Shown here: piece after piece, positions 51,060 through 64,000 of the stretch
How positions within the stretch are numbered: the first letter of the stretch is position 1
How the letters are laid out: every line of letters starts with the position of its first letter
From: Octopus sinensis
Taxonomy: Eukaryota
Assembly (NCBI RefSeq): GCF_006345805.1
Contig: NC_043004.1
Span: 83,824,001 to 83,888,000 of the forward strand
Reading direction: 5' to 3'
Length of the DNA: 64,000 bases
Notes under the pieces: model-generated
Database searches by the model: none
What the model was told of the DNA's origin: nothing
Seen by the model: only the letters and a program-made list of their open reading frames with translations
Position numbers and translations under genes: made by a program

Positions 51060-51740
51060 TTCACGACAAGAATGCATGAACAAGCTGACACAAAGTACGG
51101 TATCAACTGCCAACATTATCTAGTGTAAAACTAGAAACTGTAGATAGATCACTACCTTATCTTGTAGACATACAATCCAGATGTTTCAAATTCTTAATGG
51201 CGTTAATAACATTTTTCAGTTCACAATGGAATGTAGTCATAAAAAAGACACTTGATTATAAAGTATGGCATGAATAGAGTGACCGTCATATGCTACAAAA
51301 TATTCTAAAGGATATCTACTGTTTAATTCATACCACCCCAAACATATCAAATCCGAAATTCCATTTAATATACGTAGTAGAATGCGTGCAATTGACTCCA
51401 ATCCGAATGTTTGGCATAACATGAAAAAAGAAAGGAAACCTCTTTGATTTAAAACAGATGCTAGTCGAAAGAAAGTATTCTATTCTAACAGAGGATGCAA
51501 GGGCACGCATAGATGGAATAGACATCGAAGAATAACGAAAAGACAGAAACAGTTCAGATACACCCAAATCATCATCATAAATTACACAATATATGAAACG
51601 GAAACATTCGCCATAGTCCATTAGAACATGCCATTATGCGCCAAAACCTAAGAATGGAAAATACATTTGAATCATAAAAGAAATACTCATGCAGAAATGT
51701 AAACGCAACCAAAACCCCTCAAATAAGTATACACGAATGT
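51060..51740 (+). pseudogene. Penelope-like element RT/thumb remnant
   Basis: ILNGVNNIFQFTMECS, YLLFNSYHPKHIKSEIPFNIRSRMRAIDS, LKQMLVERKY, KCKR-QPKPLK (frameshifted); matches the PLE S.HP...K..IPF....R...I.S signature. Confidence 0.75.
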
Positions 51741-52889
51741 GAAACTGCCAGCCACGTTGACCGATGTTATTGTGGATGTTATGACAAATTCACTGAGGGC
51801 ACAAATTAGAGATTTATATCATAACAAGATTTAAATGTAAAAATATCATTTTACTTCTTCTTCAAAATGTTTTCTGTATGACTTTAAATGCAATGGATGC
51901 AGAGAATATTGAACTGGAGACATTGAACTAACTCTAAGTATATCAAAGTAACAATTCATAGCATATAAGCACGAGATCATAGGACAATACTAATTCCACT
52001 TAATGAAAATATGAACATCAAATTTCGCAAATGTCTTACACGCACGCAGACACTCACACGCACACACAGACACACAGACAAACTCACATGCACACATACA
52101 CACACACACACACATACACGGACAAAAAATGTGTTCGTCCAGAATTATAAAACTGGTATAAATCTCATAATTTGTTTTGTGTCCGTTATTTATATTTTCT
52201 CTACTTAACTCCTATATTTCACATAACATTCCATTGACTTTTGAACAGGCACAGACACACACGTACAGACACATATATATCCAAACTGTAATGTTAATGA
52301 GTATATCGACACCAAAATTTGCCCTTAAGTATATAAACTTGAGTACCGTAGTTACATCTCTCTATGAGATGACTGTACGAATAACCTGCGCGCGGAAAGG
52401 CAGTCAATTAATGAAAACGTTGTACAACCTTGGTCTCACATCACTGAAGATTGCCTTCAGGAAATTTACTGCAATTCTATATGATACATTTGTTATGTTT
52501 GAAGTAGGAAACGGCCAATAACTTCTTATTCCTTCTAATAAATTCTACCAAAATGATATAACTCTACATCAATTAGGTATCAGACAAAATTTAAATCGCC
52601 TCTACACGGGGCTCACATAAGTTATAAACGATCAAACAAATGATTTTGGTATTTATGTAGACATTTTACAATTGGTGATCTCAGGTTCTGATCGAAATTG
52701 AATACATTCCATTACACATGGACACAGGAAAATATACATGTGTGTCATGTTTGTGTGTGTTTGAGAAAGAACGTGCGTGCGTGTGCCCGTGCGTGCGTGT
52801 GTCCGCACGTGTGTGTGTATTACATATATATATATATGTATATATGTATATTATTGAGGGTGTTAGAATACCTACACTGCTAGAAATAT

Positions 52890-53110
52890 ATATGTGTGTA
52901 TGTTTGTGTGTCTGTGTTCGTCCACCCACCATCACTTGACAACCGATGCTGGTGTGTTCACATCCCTGTAACTTAGCGGTTCGGCAAAGACTCCGCTAGA
53001 GTAAGTACTAGGCTTACAGAGAATAAGTTCTGGGGTCGATTTTTCAACTTAGGGTGGTGCTCCAGCACGGCCGCAGTAAAATGACTGAAGCAATTAAAAC
53101 AATAAAAGAA
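52890..53110 (+). mobile_element. SINE family A 3' half
   Basis: cttgacaaccgatgctggtgtg...ggtggtgctccagcacggccgcagtaaaatgactgaa. Confidence 0.85.
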
Positions 53111-53708
53111 TATATGCACATAAGCGAAGCATATTAAAAGGAGTACGTAGGAAAAGTCATTTAAATAAAATGTCTAGTAACCACTCTTTGGAATCACTGT
53201 AGAAATGTCAGGAAGCATTGCTATAGTTTATCAGTAGTTCACAGAAATGATGTAGTTAGTTGTGTGTTGTGATTGTAGTTTTCGGAATATTTGTTTGTAT
53301 TGGAGTCAATCCTTTGCTGTCACAATGTACAGGTAAAAGGTTCAAGGTTCAGTCCAATACTGAAAAACCTTGTAATTAATGAGTCGATATTATTTGAGAT
53401 TATTGTTTAAAGGTTCGCAAATAATGTAAGTAGGTAATAAGTACTGGCTGCTCAGCTCTATTATTTATTGTTGTTCTTATTTAGGGTAGATAAGAACACG
53501 TTTGAAGGAGATTTGATGAGATATTTATAAGCACTTACATCCGACTCTTTCAAACACAATTGTTAGAAATTCTACTTATTAATCAAATTGCTTAAGATTG
53601 ATAAATTCGTACTGAATAGCATACAGTAACCCATTAGGTTAATGTAACATTGTTTTACTTTAACTGAAGATAAACACACACACACAGATACATATGCATA
53701 TATATCTA

Positions 53709-53787
<79 letters not shown>

Positions 53788-53960
53788 TTCTCTCCTTCTT
53801 TCTGTGTTTTTTTTCTCTCTGTGTATCTTTCTGTTGAAGAGCGTAGGCTCGAAACGTTAAAGACTTGTTTTATTTATATTTCCTGAGCGCCATACTAATA
53901 CAATTGTTCGTTTGTTTTCCACCTGCCTTTGTCTTTTGTCTATTTTCATAAAGCTTCCCG

Positions 53961-53963
<3 letters not shown>
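53788..53963 (+). mobile_element. Hammerhead-motif repeat H, copy 3
   Basis: tcttt-CTGTTGA-a-gagc-gtag-gctc-GAAAC-gtt-aaaga at 53826-53863; (TA)n on both sides. Confidence 0.75.
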
Positions 53964-54028
<65 letters not shown>

Positions 54029-54184
54029 CGAGTGATGTCCATAGTCATTTCAACATTGTTGCCAGTTTGAATGGACAGCCATGTAGAAGAGTCTACGAAC
54101 ATTGCCTGTTAGTACAACTATTGCGTTCAACTTTTAGAGAGATTGTAGATCTAGCATTTTGCCTATATATATATACGTATGTAT

Positions 54185-54395
54185 TCATTTATTCGTTTAG
54201 TTGTTTCAGTAATTTGACTGCGGCCATGCTGGAACACCGCTAATAGTTGAACAAATCCACCCCAGGACTAATTCTTTGTAAGGCTAGTACTTATTCTGTT
54301 AGCTTATGGGGAGGTAAACACACCAGCATCGGTTGCCAAGCGATGATAGGGGGACAAACGCACACACATACACACATACATACATAATACATATA

Positions 54396-54448
<53 letters not shown>

Positions 54449-54617
54449 GACGGTCTTCTTTCAGTTTCTACAAAATCTATCCACAAGGCTTTGGTCTGCC
54501 CGAGGCTATAATAGAAGACACTTGCCCATGATGCCACGCAGGGTGACTGAACGTGAGAACCCGGAAGCATGTAGTTGGTAAGCAAGCTACCTACCACACA
54601 TCCGCTCCTGCGCCTAT
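54185..54617 (-). mobile_element. SINE family A, full-length
   Basis: From gtttcagtaatttgactgcggccatgctgg to ctaccacacatccgctcctgcgccta. Confidence 0.88.
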
Positions 54618-56099
54618 GTATTTGTATTTACATATATATATGTGTGTGTGTGTGTATGTATAAGCCTGCGCGCACGCGTATGTCTAGTTAGCAATCAAAT
54701 TATTAGAATTTATTATATGCATGCGTAATTATTATGTGTATGCATGGATACTCATTTGTTATAAAGTGATCTTTGCCAGTACACTGTTCAATATCTAAAT
54801 GGATATTTAATTAATTTTCTCTATATTACATAAATCACAAACTTATTAGCGAAGCCTCGACTCCTGTATTTCATCACGTCTCGAAGGTTTCGTGAATTAA
54901 ATTTAATCTAGAATTCTAAGTAATTATCTTCAGTATTCTGGATTTTAATTTTCGTTCGAGTGTGAAAATAATAAGCGTGGCAGCTGATAATTTTAATATA
55001 TGCAAGTGGATATTAGTACATACATTCGACATTGCAGGCCATAGTTTACCACCTCTATATTTTAAATTTTGTTTTGTGTCAATTGTTTCAAGAAGGTCAT
55101 GTTTTAAGTAATTCTTCCTGATATTTTCCTAAAGAAAGCAAATTGGTTTTACTTTTAATTAAAAACAAAACAAAAGAAAAAAAACAGTTAATAACGAAGA
55201 ACTTATACCTACTTTAAACACAATTTTTGTTTTTGCTAACAATTCTATGCGAAGGAAAATTGATTTTTTTTTTTTGTAAATTAGATATCCGAAATGAAAA
55301 AATTCTATAATTTTTATACAATGTGAGAACAAATGTCATTTATACAATGTGAGAACAAATGTCATTTGTGTCGATGTTAAGCAGAATAGGTTGGCTTCTA
55401 TAATAGACGTTTCTATTTTATAAATCTGAAACGAAATGAAAGGAAGATGTACTATTTTTGAAGGTTTCTCGTAATTATTTATATATGGAGAAATTGTCAT
55501 CTTAGGCGTATTCATATAGAAATCCAGATATGAAAGATTATTTCTGTAAAATTGATCTGGTCGTGTATAGAAAGAACATGCAAATTTTCTAGTTATTCAA
55601 AAAAAAAATTGTTTTATTTGATAGTAGAAATTGATTACTACTTTGAAATAAATATAAACTCTGAAAAATCGTTGTGTTGGAAAGTAAGGAAGAAGACTTT
55701 TAGTGCCATTGCAGTTATAAGAAAATGCATCCAATTTTCTCGTGATATTAAAAAATAATGATATTAAATATACGTATCCAACAGTGTAGTCACGGATGCA
55801 TGGATATACACATTATAATGGAGTATCAAGATTGAATGACCTTCCATCTCATGCCAGGGATGTAGGCTCATCTGTGTGTGTGGAAAGCACATAAAATTTC
55901 AACATAAGATGTAGTCAAGTGTTAGAGTAGGAGAATAAATCAGCGCCGTGTAGAAACAGTCAACTGGGGGACAACACATTGCAATAATTTTATGTTTGGA
56001 CAATTAACACCTCACTTGAATATCATCTTAAGTTTCACATATTTACATCTAAAGTATAAGCCACTTATCTTGATCTCTTTTCACCGTGATGTTTCTTAT

Positions 56100-56915
56100 T
56101 CTAGTATATAAAACCCGTTCTGTCTGTCTGTGTGTATATCTTTGAGGACCTCGGGCATCCTTCATCCGATTGCGCTCAAATTTGATATGTTGATACCGAC
56201 GGTATCAGGGTGTGTATAGGTCTTGCAAAAATTACAAAAATCGATTCCAGGTGAGAATGGGATCGATAAAGCCATGAAAACGTGCATTTGTACGTGCAAG
56301 TACGTCAGCTGTTATGATCGATAGTACGCGTACGCGAAAAATGCACGTGCAGTTTGCGCGAGAATTGCCGGCTGGCTTGAAATAATATCACAAAATGCAG
56401 TATATTTAAGAGACCAAAAAAGAAAGATGGAAAAGATATATTTTCTTCAAACTTGGCATGAAGAAAGGAAAGACTATTTGGTTTCTCAAGAAGTTTTTTT
56501 TTTGCCTTAACTTCGTTTAAAAAAACCAAAAATTTTATTGAAGTATAGGCATGCTTAATTATTTTTTAATGAAAAGAAAACATTGATTGCTTTTTATTCA
56601 AGGAAGAAAATACTATTTCCTTGCTAATAAATTATTTACCATGTTTGTGTTCTCCCAGTGAACAGCCTTATCATTACTGGAACTTTAAACTCTTCGGCTG
56701 CATATTTGCGTGAATAAAATCGTTTTTCTTTGGAATAGAAAAAAAGTCTATCTTTATTTCATCTTTTGCTGTGTCTCAAATTTAGGTTAAATCAGTGTTT
56801 CTCAAAGGGCAGGCCTATGGGACGGTCGGGCAAGTTGTTTTGATAAAATTTGGTTTAAATGTTTCACAACTCAGCACCGTCTATTGGACGAGGGTGGACG
56901 TTTTGCTCGTTCTAG
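56100..56915 (+). mobile_element. Helitron/DINE-1-like non-autonomous element
   Basis: Starts tctagtatataaaa + (CTGT)n + catccgattgcgctcaaatttg; ends imperfect acgag..ctcgt hairpin + tCTAG|T; second copy at 30693-31020. Confidence 0.7.
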
Positions 56916-58182
56916 TATATAATGCACAATATGCATATTTGACCGAGGATCCATTGTTTCTTACAATATTTCTAATATAAGCCTTATTTTGCTTTTACAA
57001 TTCTGCCAACAACGCGTGCGTCTGTTAGCATTTGCATCGCACAAAATAATATCTTTGATCATAACCTTTGGTAAAAATAATCAAATGAGCGAGTGACATG
57101 TTCTATAGTGAGATAAATACCCCCGAACTAGTTATCTATTTACAAAGATGAAAATATATTCAAATATTAACTGACGAATTTAGAAGTACATTGTAATGTC
57201 AATGCGTAGTTATAATTGCTGAAACATTTCAGTCGCTAGTGTGAGATTTTACATATGCCTTAACTAAACAAGATATAAAGCGTAACAACGGCGATATTGT
57301 TAATCGATATCTTCTTTGATGCGTAGTAGAAATTGTGAACAAAATAATTATCAGATTCAGATTAAGAAGAGTATTAAAATTTCATAGTTCGGAACAATTT
57401 TAAATGGAGGAGAGAATGAAAATGATGAAGAATATAATTATAATAGATATTATTCTCACTTATGTAAACAAATTTCATTATCAAAATCTTGATCCATTTA
57501 AACAATTATCACAGGATGTAATATGAACTTCAGAATTGTTTACCTTTCAAGTGCAAACATTCGTAACTGGATTGTATAAAGTAAGTTTACTTTTGAATTT
57601 CAAATCTGAATAAAATTTCCATAAACTATCTCCAGGGGGAAAGGAAACATTTTAATCAAAGCAGATTTAAGAAAATACAGAATATTTACCTGTAATTAGA
57701 TGATATGCATTGAGAGCAGTGCTATCTGCTTACGAAATTATAATCTACTTGTTATCATGAATTTTCAAATACTTAAAAGTGCATAAATTTATCAGAAAGG
57801 TGACAAGATCACATTTCATTTTACAGGGAACAAGGTTCCGAGTTCAGTCCGACTGTTTGGTCACTGGAACAAGTATCGGGTCGACCGAGCCGGAATAAAA
57901 TCCGTTGAATGTGCGTACATCTGTGTGTACGAGTGTGTGCATTTGTATGTGTGTCTGAGTGTGCGTTTGTGCGAGTGTATATGTGCGTATGTGTGTGCGT
58001 GTTTGTATGTCTGTCTCTATGTATGTATGTACGTATGTATGTATATATGTGAATTTTCGTGTCTATATTTGTTCGCGTGACAACAGGTGATGATGCGCCT
58101 ACGTTCACGTAATGTAACGGTTCAGATGCATATATATATAGATATGCGGATATATGCATATATATATATATATGCGGATATA

Positions 58183-58250
<68 letters not shown>

Positions 58251-58841
58251 CATAAAAACACGCAGATATACGCATATACGCATAAGCATGCACAAATGCT
58301 CAAAATCCCGTGTATATGCACAACCCCATACATACACACATACCTATTATTACAGATATATAGTAGAAACAATTGAATTAGGAATACTTGTACAACGTAA
58401 AGACATGCAAATTAAAAGACCTATTCTGGATATTTCAAGATCCCATTTACATGAACGTTTCTGAAAATTTGAATGAAACTGTAAACTGAATTCCTCATTA
58501 TGGAATAATTTCTGATTTAATGTATTGTGAACATTACAGCTTAATGTTTAAAGTATTATGTATCAATTTTCGTTTTAGTAATGAAACACAAACACTTACT
58601 ATTGGTAGTTAACTGTTTAACTTCAATTTCCAAGAAACCTGTAACATATTTCATCTTCATTCACCGTATTATTTCCTTGAGGAAGTATATTGTCTTCATC
58701 TAGAGCAAATTGCCCCTCGTCAGATTTTTGCATTTATTAGCTGAGATATTTCACTGAGATTTCACTTATTTGCTTTGCATCGTTACCAAGCATTTGATAA
58801 TATTCATCATCTGCCCCCTTATTGCCGTCAGGAGGTATATC

Positions 58842-59066
58842 TATTTCTTTACTACCTACAAGGAGCAAAACACAGAGAGGACAAACAAAGGGATTAAGTC
58901 GATTACATCGACCCCAGTGCGTAACTGGTACTTAATTTATCGACCGCGAAAGGATAAAAGGCAAAGTCGACCTCGGCGGAATTTGAACTCAGAACATAAC
59001 GGCAGACGAAATACCGCTCAACATTTCGCCCGGTGTGCTAACGTTTCTGCCAGCTCGCCGCCTTTA
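58842..59066 (-). mobile_element. SINE family B with 15-bp TSD, inserted in a diverged ~150-bp tandem duplication
   Basis: TSD gtcagSaggtatatc at 58827-58841 and 59067-59081; 58685-58806 parallels 59075-59198. Confidence 0.92.
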
Positions 59067-59594
59067 GTCAGCAGGTATATCGTTCTTATCTAGATAAAAT
59101 TCTTCCTCATCAGATCTTTGCATTTTATAAGTTGAAACTTTCCCCCAGACATTCTCATCATTTGCTTCGCATAGTCACCAAGCATTTGATAGTATTTATG
59201 TGTACAGGCTTGTACACTTGTGCAATTAGCGTACAAGACATTTTCTCAATTATATGTGTTGCAAATAATATTTCATTGCTCTCCGCTCAGTTATGGAAAA
59301 GAGCTCTCTGCAAAGTTGTTTTTCAAGTACGTGATGATTTACAATAATTTTCTATTTTTGCCATTGCCTCACCTATCTACATTTTAAATACGATCTGCTC
59401 TAAGCTGTGCAGACTGCAGCAAATACTTCTACCTTGTATAATCAATCATATTTTCTTGTCTAGACAGAAAACCATTTCACGACAGTTTCTGACTATTTAA
59501 TAACCTGCTTGTAGCTTTTGAAAAACATGAAAATATATTTGTTTGACGCTGTTCCTTCTCCCAAATAATGACATTCAGTTTCATCAACTGAAAT

Positions 59595-59793
59595 ATTGGC
59601 TTCAAATTTTGCGCGTGAGAATAAGTCAGTGGCATCAATCAGATGCTCAAGCGATTCTTATTTTATCGACCCCTAAAGAATGAAAAGCAAAATCGAAGTC
59701 GGCGTAATTTAAAATCATGCTGCAGAAACAGATTAAATGTCGCTAGGAATTCTGCACGATGCGTGCTTGCGATTTTGCCAGCTCCCCGCCTTA
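59595..59793 (-). mobile_element. Degenerate SINE family B
   Basis: ttttatcgacccctaaagaatgaaaagcaaaatcga...tgccagctccccgcctt. Confidence 0.7.
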
Positions 59794-59837
59794 TCATCAT
59801 GTGAAATATTTGCATCATTACATTATATTAATACTGT

Positions 59838-60058
59838 AAGGCGTCGAGCTGGCAGAAACGTTAGAACGCTGAGCAAAATGCTTAGCGATGTTTCGTCTGT
59901 CTTTACCTTCTGAGTTCAAATTCCACCGAGGTCGATTTTTCCTTTCATCCTTTCGGGGTCGTTAATCTAAGTAGCAGTTGCGTACTGGGGTCGATGTAAT
60001 CGACAGAACCCTTCCCCCAAAATTTCGGGCCTTGTGCCAAGAGTAGAAAGGATTATAT
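59838..60058 (+). mobile_element. SINE family B with alternative tail
   Basis: aaggcgtcgagctggcagaaacgttag...gggccttgtgccaagagtagaaaggattat. Confidence 0.9.
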
Positions 60059-60155
60059 TAAATGCTGTATTTCTCATAGGTTGCACTTTCTGGTCTGTTC
60101 TTTAAATGGATATATATTTTCCAATATAAACGTGCTTAAAAGCATACACACACAC

Positions 60156-60238
<83 letters not shown>

Positions 60239-60257
60239 ATACATATACGTATGTATT

Positions 60258-60288
<31 letters not shown>

Positions 60289-60846
60289 ATCTCTATATCT
60301 CTATATGTGTGTGTGCAAATGTATATATGTATATATATATATATAAATTATATATATAAACATGTGTGTGTGCGCGTATATGTGTATGTGTGTGCGCGTA
60401 TGTATATATATATAGGTAGGTATATGTTACGTAGAAAAAAGAGATTATCGTGTTAACTGCCACACATGTGCAAAAAATGGGCACTTCTTTTTAGACTATA
60501 TCAAGGTATTTTAACGTAGTACTGCACTTCATAACTGCTTTCACTGCAAACTCTCATATACGATTTAATGCATATAATTTGTGATTTCTATTTGTTTATA
60601 TACATACATAGATATATACGTACAATCAGTTACTGACGTTTATATTATAAAATAAAACTATATATAGATTAATATATGTGTAACACAATGCATTTCCTTA
60701 TAACATGTGTTCATAATGCTAACGGTGGTATACAATTAAAATTGCACAACACTACGCTTCGTATGCGCTGTATCGGCTTCCATGAGTATACATATAATTT
60801 GTATGCACATTCCCACCAGCAACATGGATTTCTTTCCTCGAGCAAA

Positions 60847-60905
<59 letters not shown>

Positions 60906-61278
60906 CACGAAACCATGCACACGTGTACACAGGCACAAGCACACACATACAAACGCACACACATACGCATTACATATATGCACAAGTCTCTATATGAATT
61001 AAATATATGTAAGCACACGTATCTTAATGACATAAATAGATACATATGTGTATACACGCACACACACACAGATATATATATATATAAACATATATACACA
61101 TATATACACATATATATATATACATATATATAAATATATCAATGTCTATATATATATATATAATATTTAAATAAATACACACACACGCGCACGCACATAT
61201 ATATACGCACAGAGATATATAAATATGTGGATTTTTCTTCTGTTATCCAGCGCCATTTCAAACAATACCCAGATATTG

Positions 61279-61906
61279 AAGGCTGCGAGCTGGCAGGAAC
61301 GTTAGCTCGCCGGGCGAAACGATTAGCGGTATTTCTTTCGTCTTTACGTTCTGAGTTCAAATTCAGCCGAGATCGACTTTGCCTTTCATCCTTTCGGGAT
61401 CGATAAATTAAGTACTAGTTGCGTACTGGGGTCGCTTAAGTACCAGTTACGCACTGGGGTCGATATAATGGACTTAATCCGTTTGTCTGTCCTTCTATGT
61501 CCCCTCTGTGTTTAGCGCCTTGTGGGTAGTAAAGAAATAGGTATTTCGTCTGCCTTTAGGTTCTGAGTTCAACTTCCGCCAAAGGTCGACTTTGCCTTTT
61601 ATCCTTTCGAGGTCGATAAATTAAGTACCAGTTACGCACTGGGGTCGATATAATCGACTTAATCCGTTTGTCTGTCCTTGTTTGTCCTCTCTATGTTTAG
61701 CCCCTTGTGGGTAGTAAAGAAATAGGTATTTCGTCTGCCTTTAGGTTCTGAGTTCAACTTCCGCCAAGGTCGACTTTGCCTTTCATTCTTTCGAGGTCGA
61801 TAAATTAAGTACCAATTACGCACTGGGGTCGATGTAATCGACTCAATCCCTTCGTCTGTGCTTGTTTGTCCCCTCTGTGTTTAGCCCCTTGTGGGCAATA
61901 AAAAAG
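61279..61906 (+). mobile_element. SINE family B trimer (head + three body units, period 185 bp)
   Basis: Units restart at 61540 and 61725 with aaagaaata|ggtatttcgtctg. Confidence 0.93.
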
Positions 61907-62378
61907 TAACAATATCCGGACATATCATTATATTATTTTGTTCAGATTATTAATGGCACTACCCAATATTTATTTTCCTCGGCATATTATATACTTTTAG
62001 GTGAATGTATATCATTTGTCATGTAGATTCGTAAGTGTTTTTCTTTCTTTTCTTCTATTACGAGTATTTTGCAAAATTATGACATCGAATTTCCAATAAA
62101 TGAATAAATATGATACTCCTCGTATCATACTGCTGTTACTACTGTAATTCCATTCGTATAACTATAACAGCAAAATACAATTTTCTTATATACTGATGAT
62201 GTAGTAAGCATTGCAACTACTTCTTTTGTATATTTGCTGCCTTAATATAAATCACGAATACATCTTATCGCATAATGTAAATATATAAATATATATTTAT
62301 ATTATATAATTACAAACAGACGCATACACAACAACACACACATATATACATGAACATACACACACACACATATATATA

Positions 62379-62431
<53 letters not shown>

Positions 62432-62436
62432 CATAT

Positions 62437-62491
<55 letters not shown>

Positions 62492-62589
62492 CATGTATAT
62501 ATATATATTTGTTATGTAATGCTGGTATCTGTATAAAAAGTACGCCTCTACTGTGTTAAACAAAAGCTAGAGAGTTATGTGCAATGATA

Positions 62590-62992
62590 TAGAGTGGAGG
62601 ATTCCAGAAGAGCTGGTAGCAGACATGGGCTTCTATATCTATAGCAGGCCCTGAACAGAGCATCACTGCATTGATCCAAATGTCCAACACTTCTCGTCTT
62701 TAATAAGAAACAGGTAATTCAATATTTTGGGCCTAAAAACCTACAGCTGTTTAATATCTTTCCACTAAACATGTGTGTTATATTTGAAATAGTTCTGGAT
62801 GTTTCCAACATGTACTTTGATATTTTGATGCCCAAAATCATAGATCAACCAACATCTCATCAAAGAAATTGAAACAAGCTAAATAAGAACAAACTCCCTC
62901 ATTCATTAAAAGCCATGTACATATGAATGAGCTTTGAGTGGATGATGGTAATGTCGGTGCCGCAATATGTACATAACGTTTAGGCTGAAAAT
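62590..62992 (+). pseudogene. Old CR1-group LINE 3' remnant
   Basis: LQLFNIFP, ..PKIIDQPT (cf. VPDEPT at 42470), and a tail tcggtgccgcaatatg...ggctgaaa resembling the CR1/SINE-A tail. Confidence 0.45.
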
Positions 62993-64000
62993 CATAAAGG
63001 ATAACTAAATAGGTTAAAACAGAACATTAAATTTTAATATCGCCTATATATTTCTGTTGCAAGATTCTCGATGGATGTGAAATCGTGTGTTGAAACAGAT
63101 ATTGTTATACTTGGGGATGGACATATTTTGCCAGTTAACCACGTGCATTATACAGTCTGTATTTGTGTTTCTTTTCTTCTCATTCTGTCTTTAATCGTCT
63201 GATTGCGTATGGTTCCAAATGGCAACTACACAATTCCGACCACAGGTACTCCTGGTCCACTTCGTTGGCTGGCACACCGAGCTGGAATCTTAAATCCACA
63301 GAAGACGAATCTTCGCCACAATTGGCCGCAACAATTTTCAATGACTGGAACAAACTTCAGTTTTTTCGGCGGGGATACGCCCCCATAATTTTTTCAACAA
63401 GCAAAAATCACAATAGCCGCCGAGACAGGCGAAATTGTCCCAGAGCTGGGCGAAATTTACTGAAAAAAATTTCCAAGCAATAAATTACGCACAGCTCAAA
63501 ACAAACAAAATCACCTACCTCGAACGGACTTCTTCTTAATTTTCAGTTTTAGGACGGAGCACACTAGCTCATGTCCTCCTTGTTCAAGTGTTGAAGCAAA
63601 ACACCAATTCGTATGTGCGGAAGCAAGCTATTTACAGCACAGCCACTGCTGCACCTATATGTGAAAGTATTATCTGTTGATAATATCTTCACATATGTGT
63701 TAACAATCGAATCTTTTAATCGAGCATATTGATAGAACACTGGCAAGCTTTAGCCCGCCAGTATTGTTGAGCGCCTGTTCACCTATGCAACTTGCAGTCT
63801 CCTCAATGTTTGTGTCTTGTGTATACATCCACAAGAACCCCACATGCTAAAGATAGAATGGGAACGAAGACATAACCCCACGCACACACATGCACACAAG
63901 CACACATACACTTAAAAACACATAAAGACAAATAGAAACGCATGCGCACTTAATGATAGATGCCATAGAATGAGAAAATTAAATATGCCGAACAAGAGAA

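Noticed and set aside
53279-53332. 54-nt AG..GT-bounded micro-exon encoding FGIFVCIGVNPLLSQCT
   Set aside because: Weak acceptor and no compatible neighbouring exon; expected by chance in 64 kb.

Overview
AT-rich, microsatellite-dense animal genomic DNA with no host protein-coding exon that I can support. The SINE repertoire points to an octopus (cephalopod) intron or intergenic region; this is inference. The core is a ~16 kb pile-up (about 32.1-48.2 kb) of R4/Dong-clade non-LTR retrotransposons (RT, CCHC knuckle, restriction-like endonuclease) from at least four families. They are strung head-to-tail, mostly through (AAT)n tracts, in two convergent arrays that include one near-full-length copy with only three lesions (ORF 36161-40047). 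The same region holds a 1.6 kb A4T4 12/13-bp satellite and a ~0.5 kb non-coding element found only inside (AAT)n tracts. Elsewhere there are four tRNA-derived SINE families, which I label A-D. Family B forms tandem 185-bp multimers with a recurrent, structured junction. The window also has small (TA)n-embedded repeats with minimal hammerhead-ribozyme motifs of Penelope-LTR type, Helitron-like non-autonomous elements (one with an ORF-bearing passenger), remnants of Tx1/L1, CR1-like, Penelope and possibly RTE elements, and several local duplications. Most ORFs in the supplied track are microsatellite or antisense artefacts. All alignments were done by eye.
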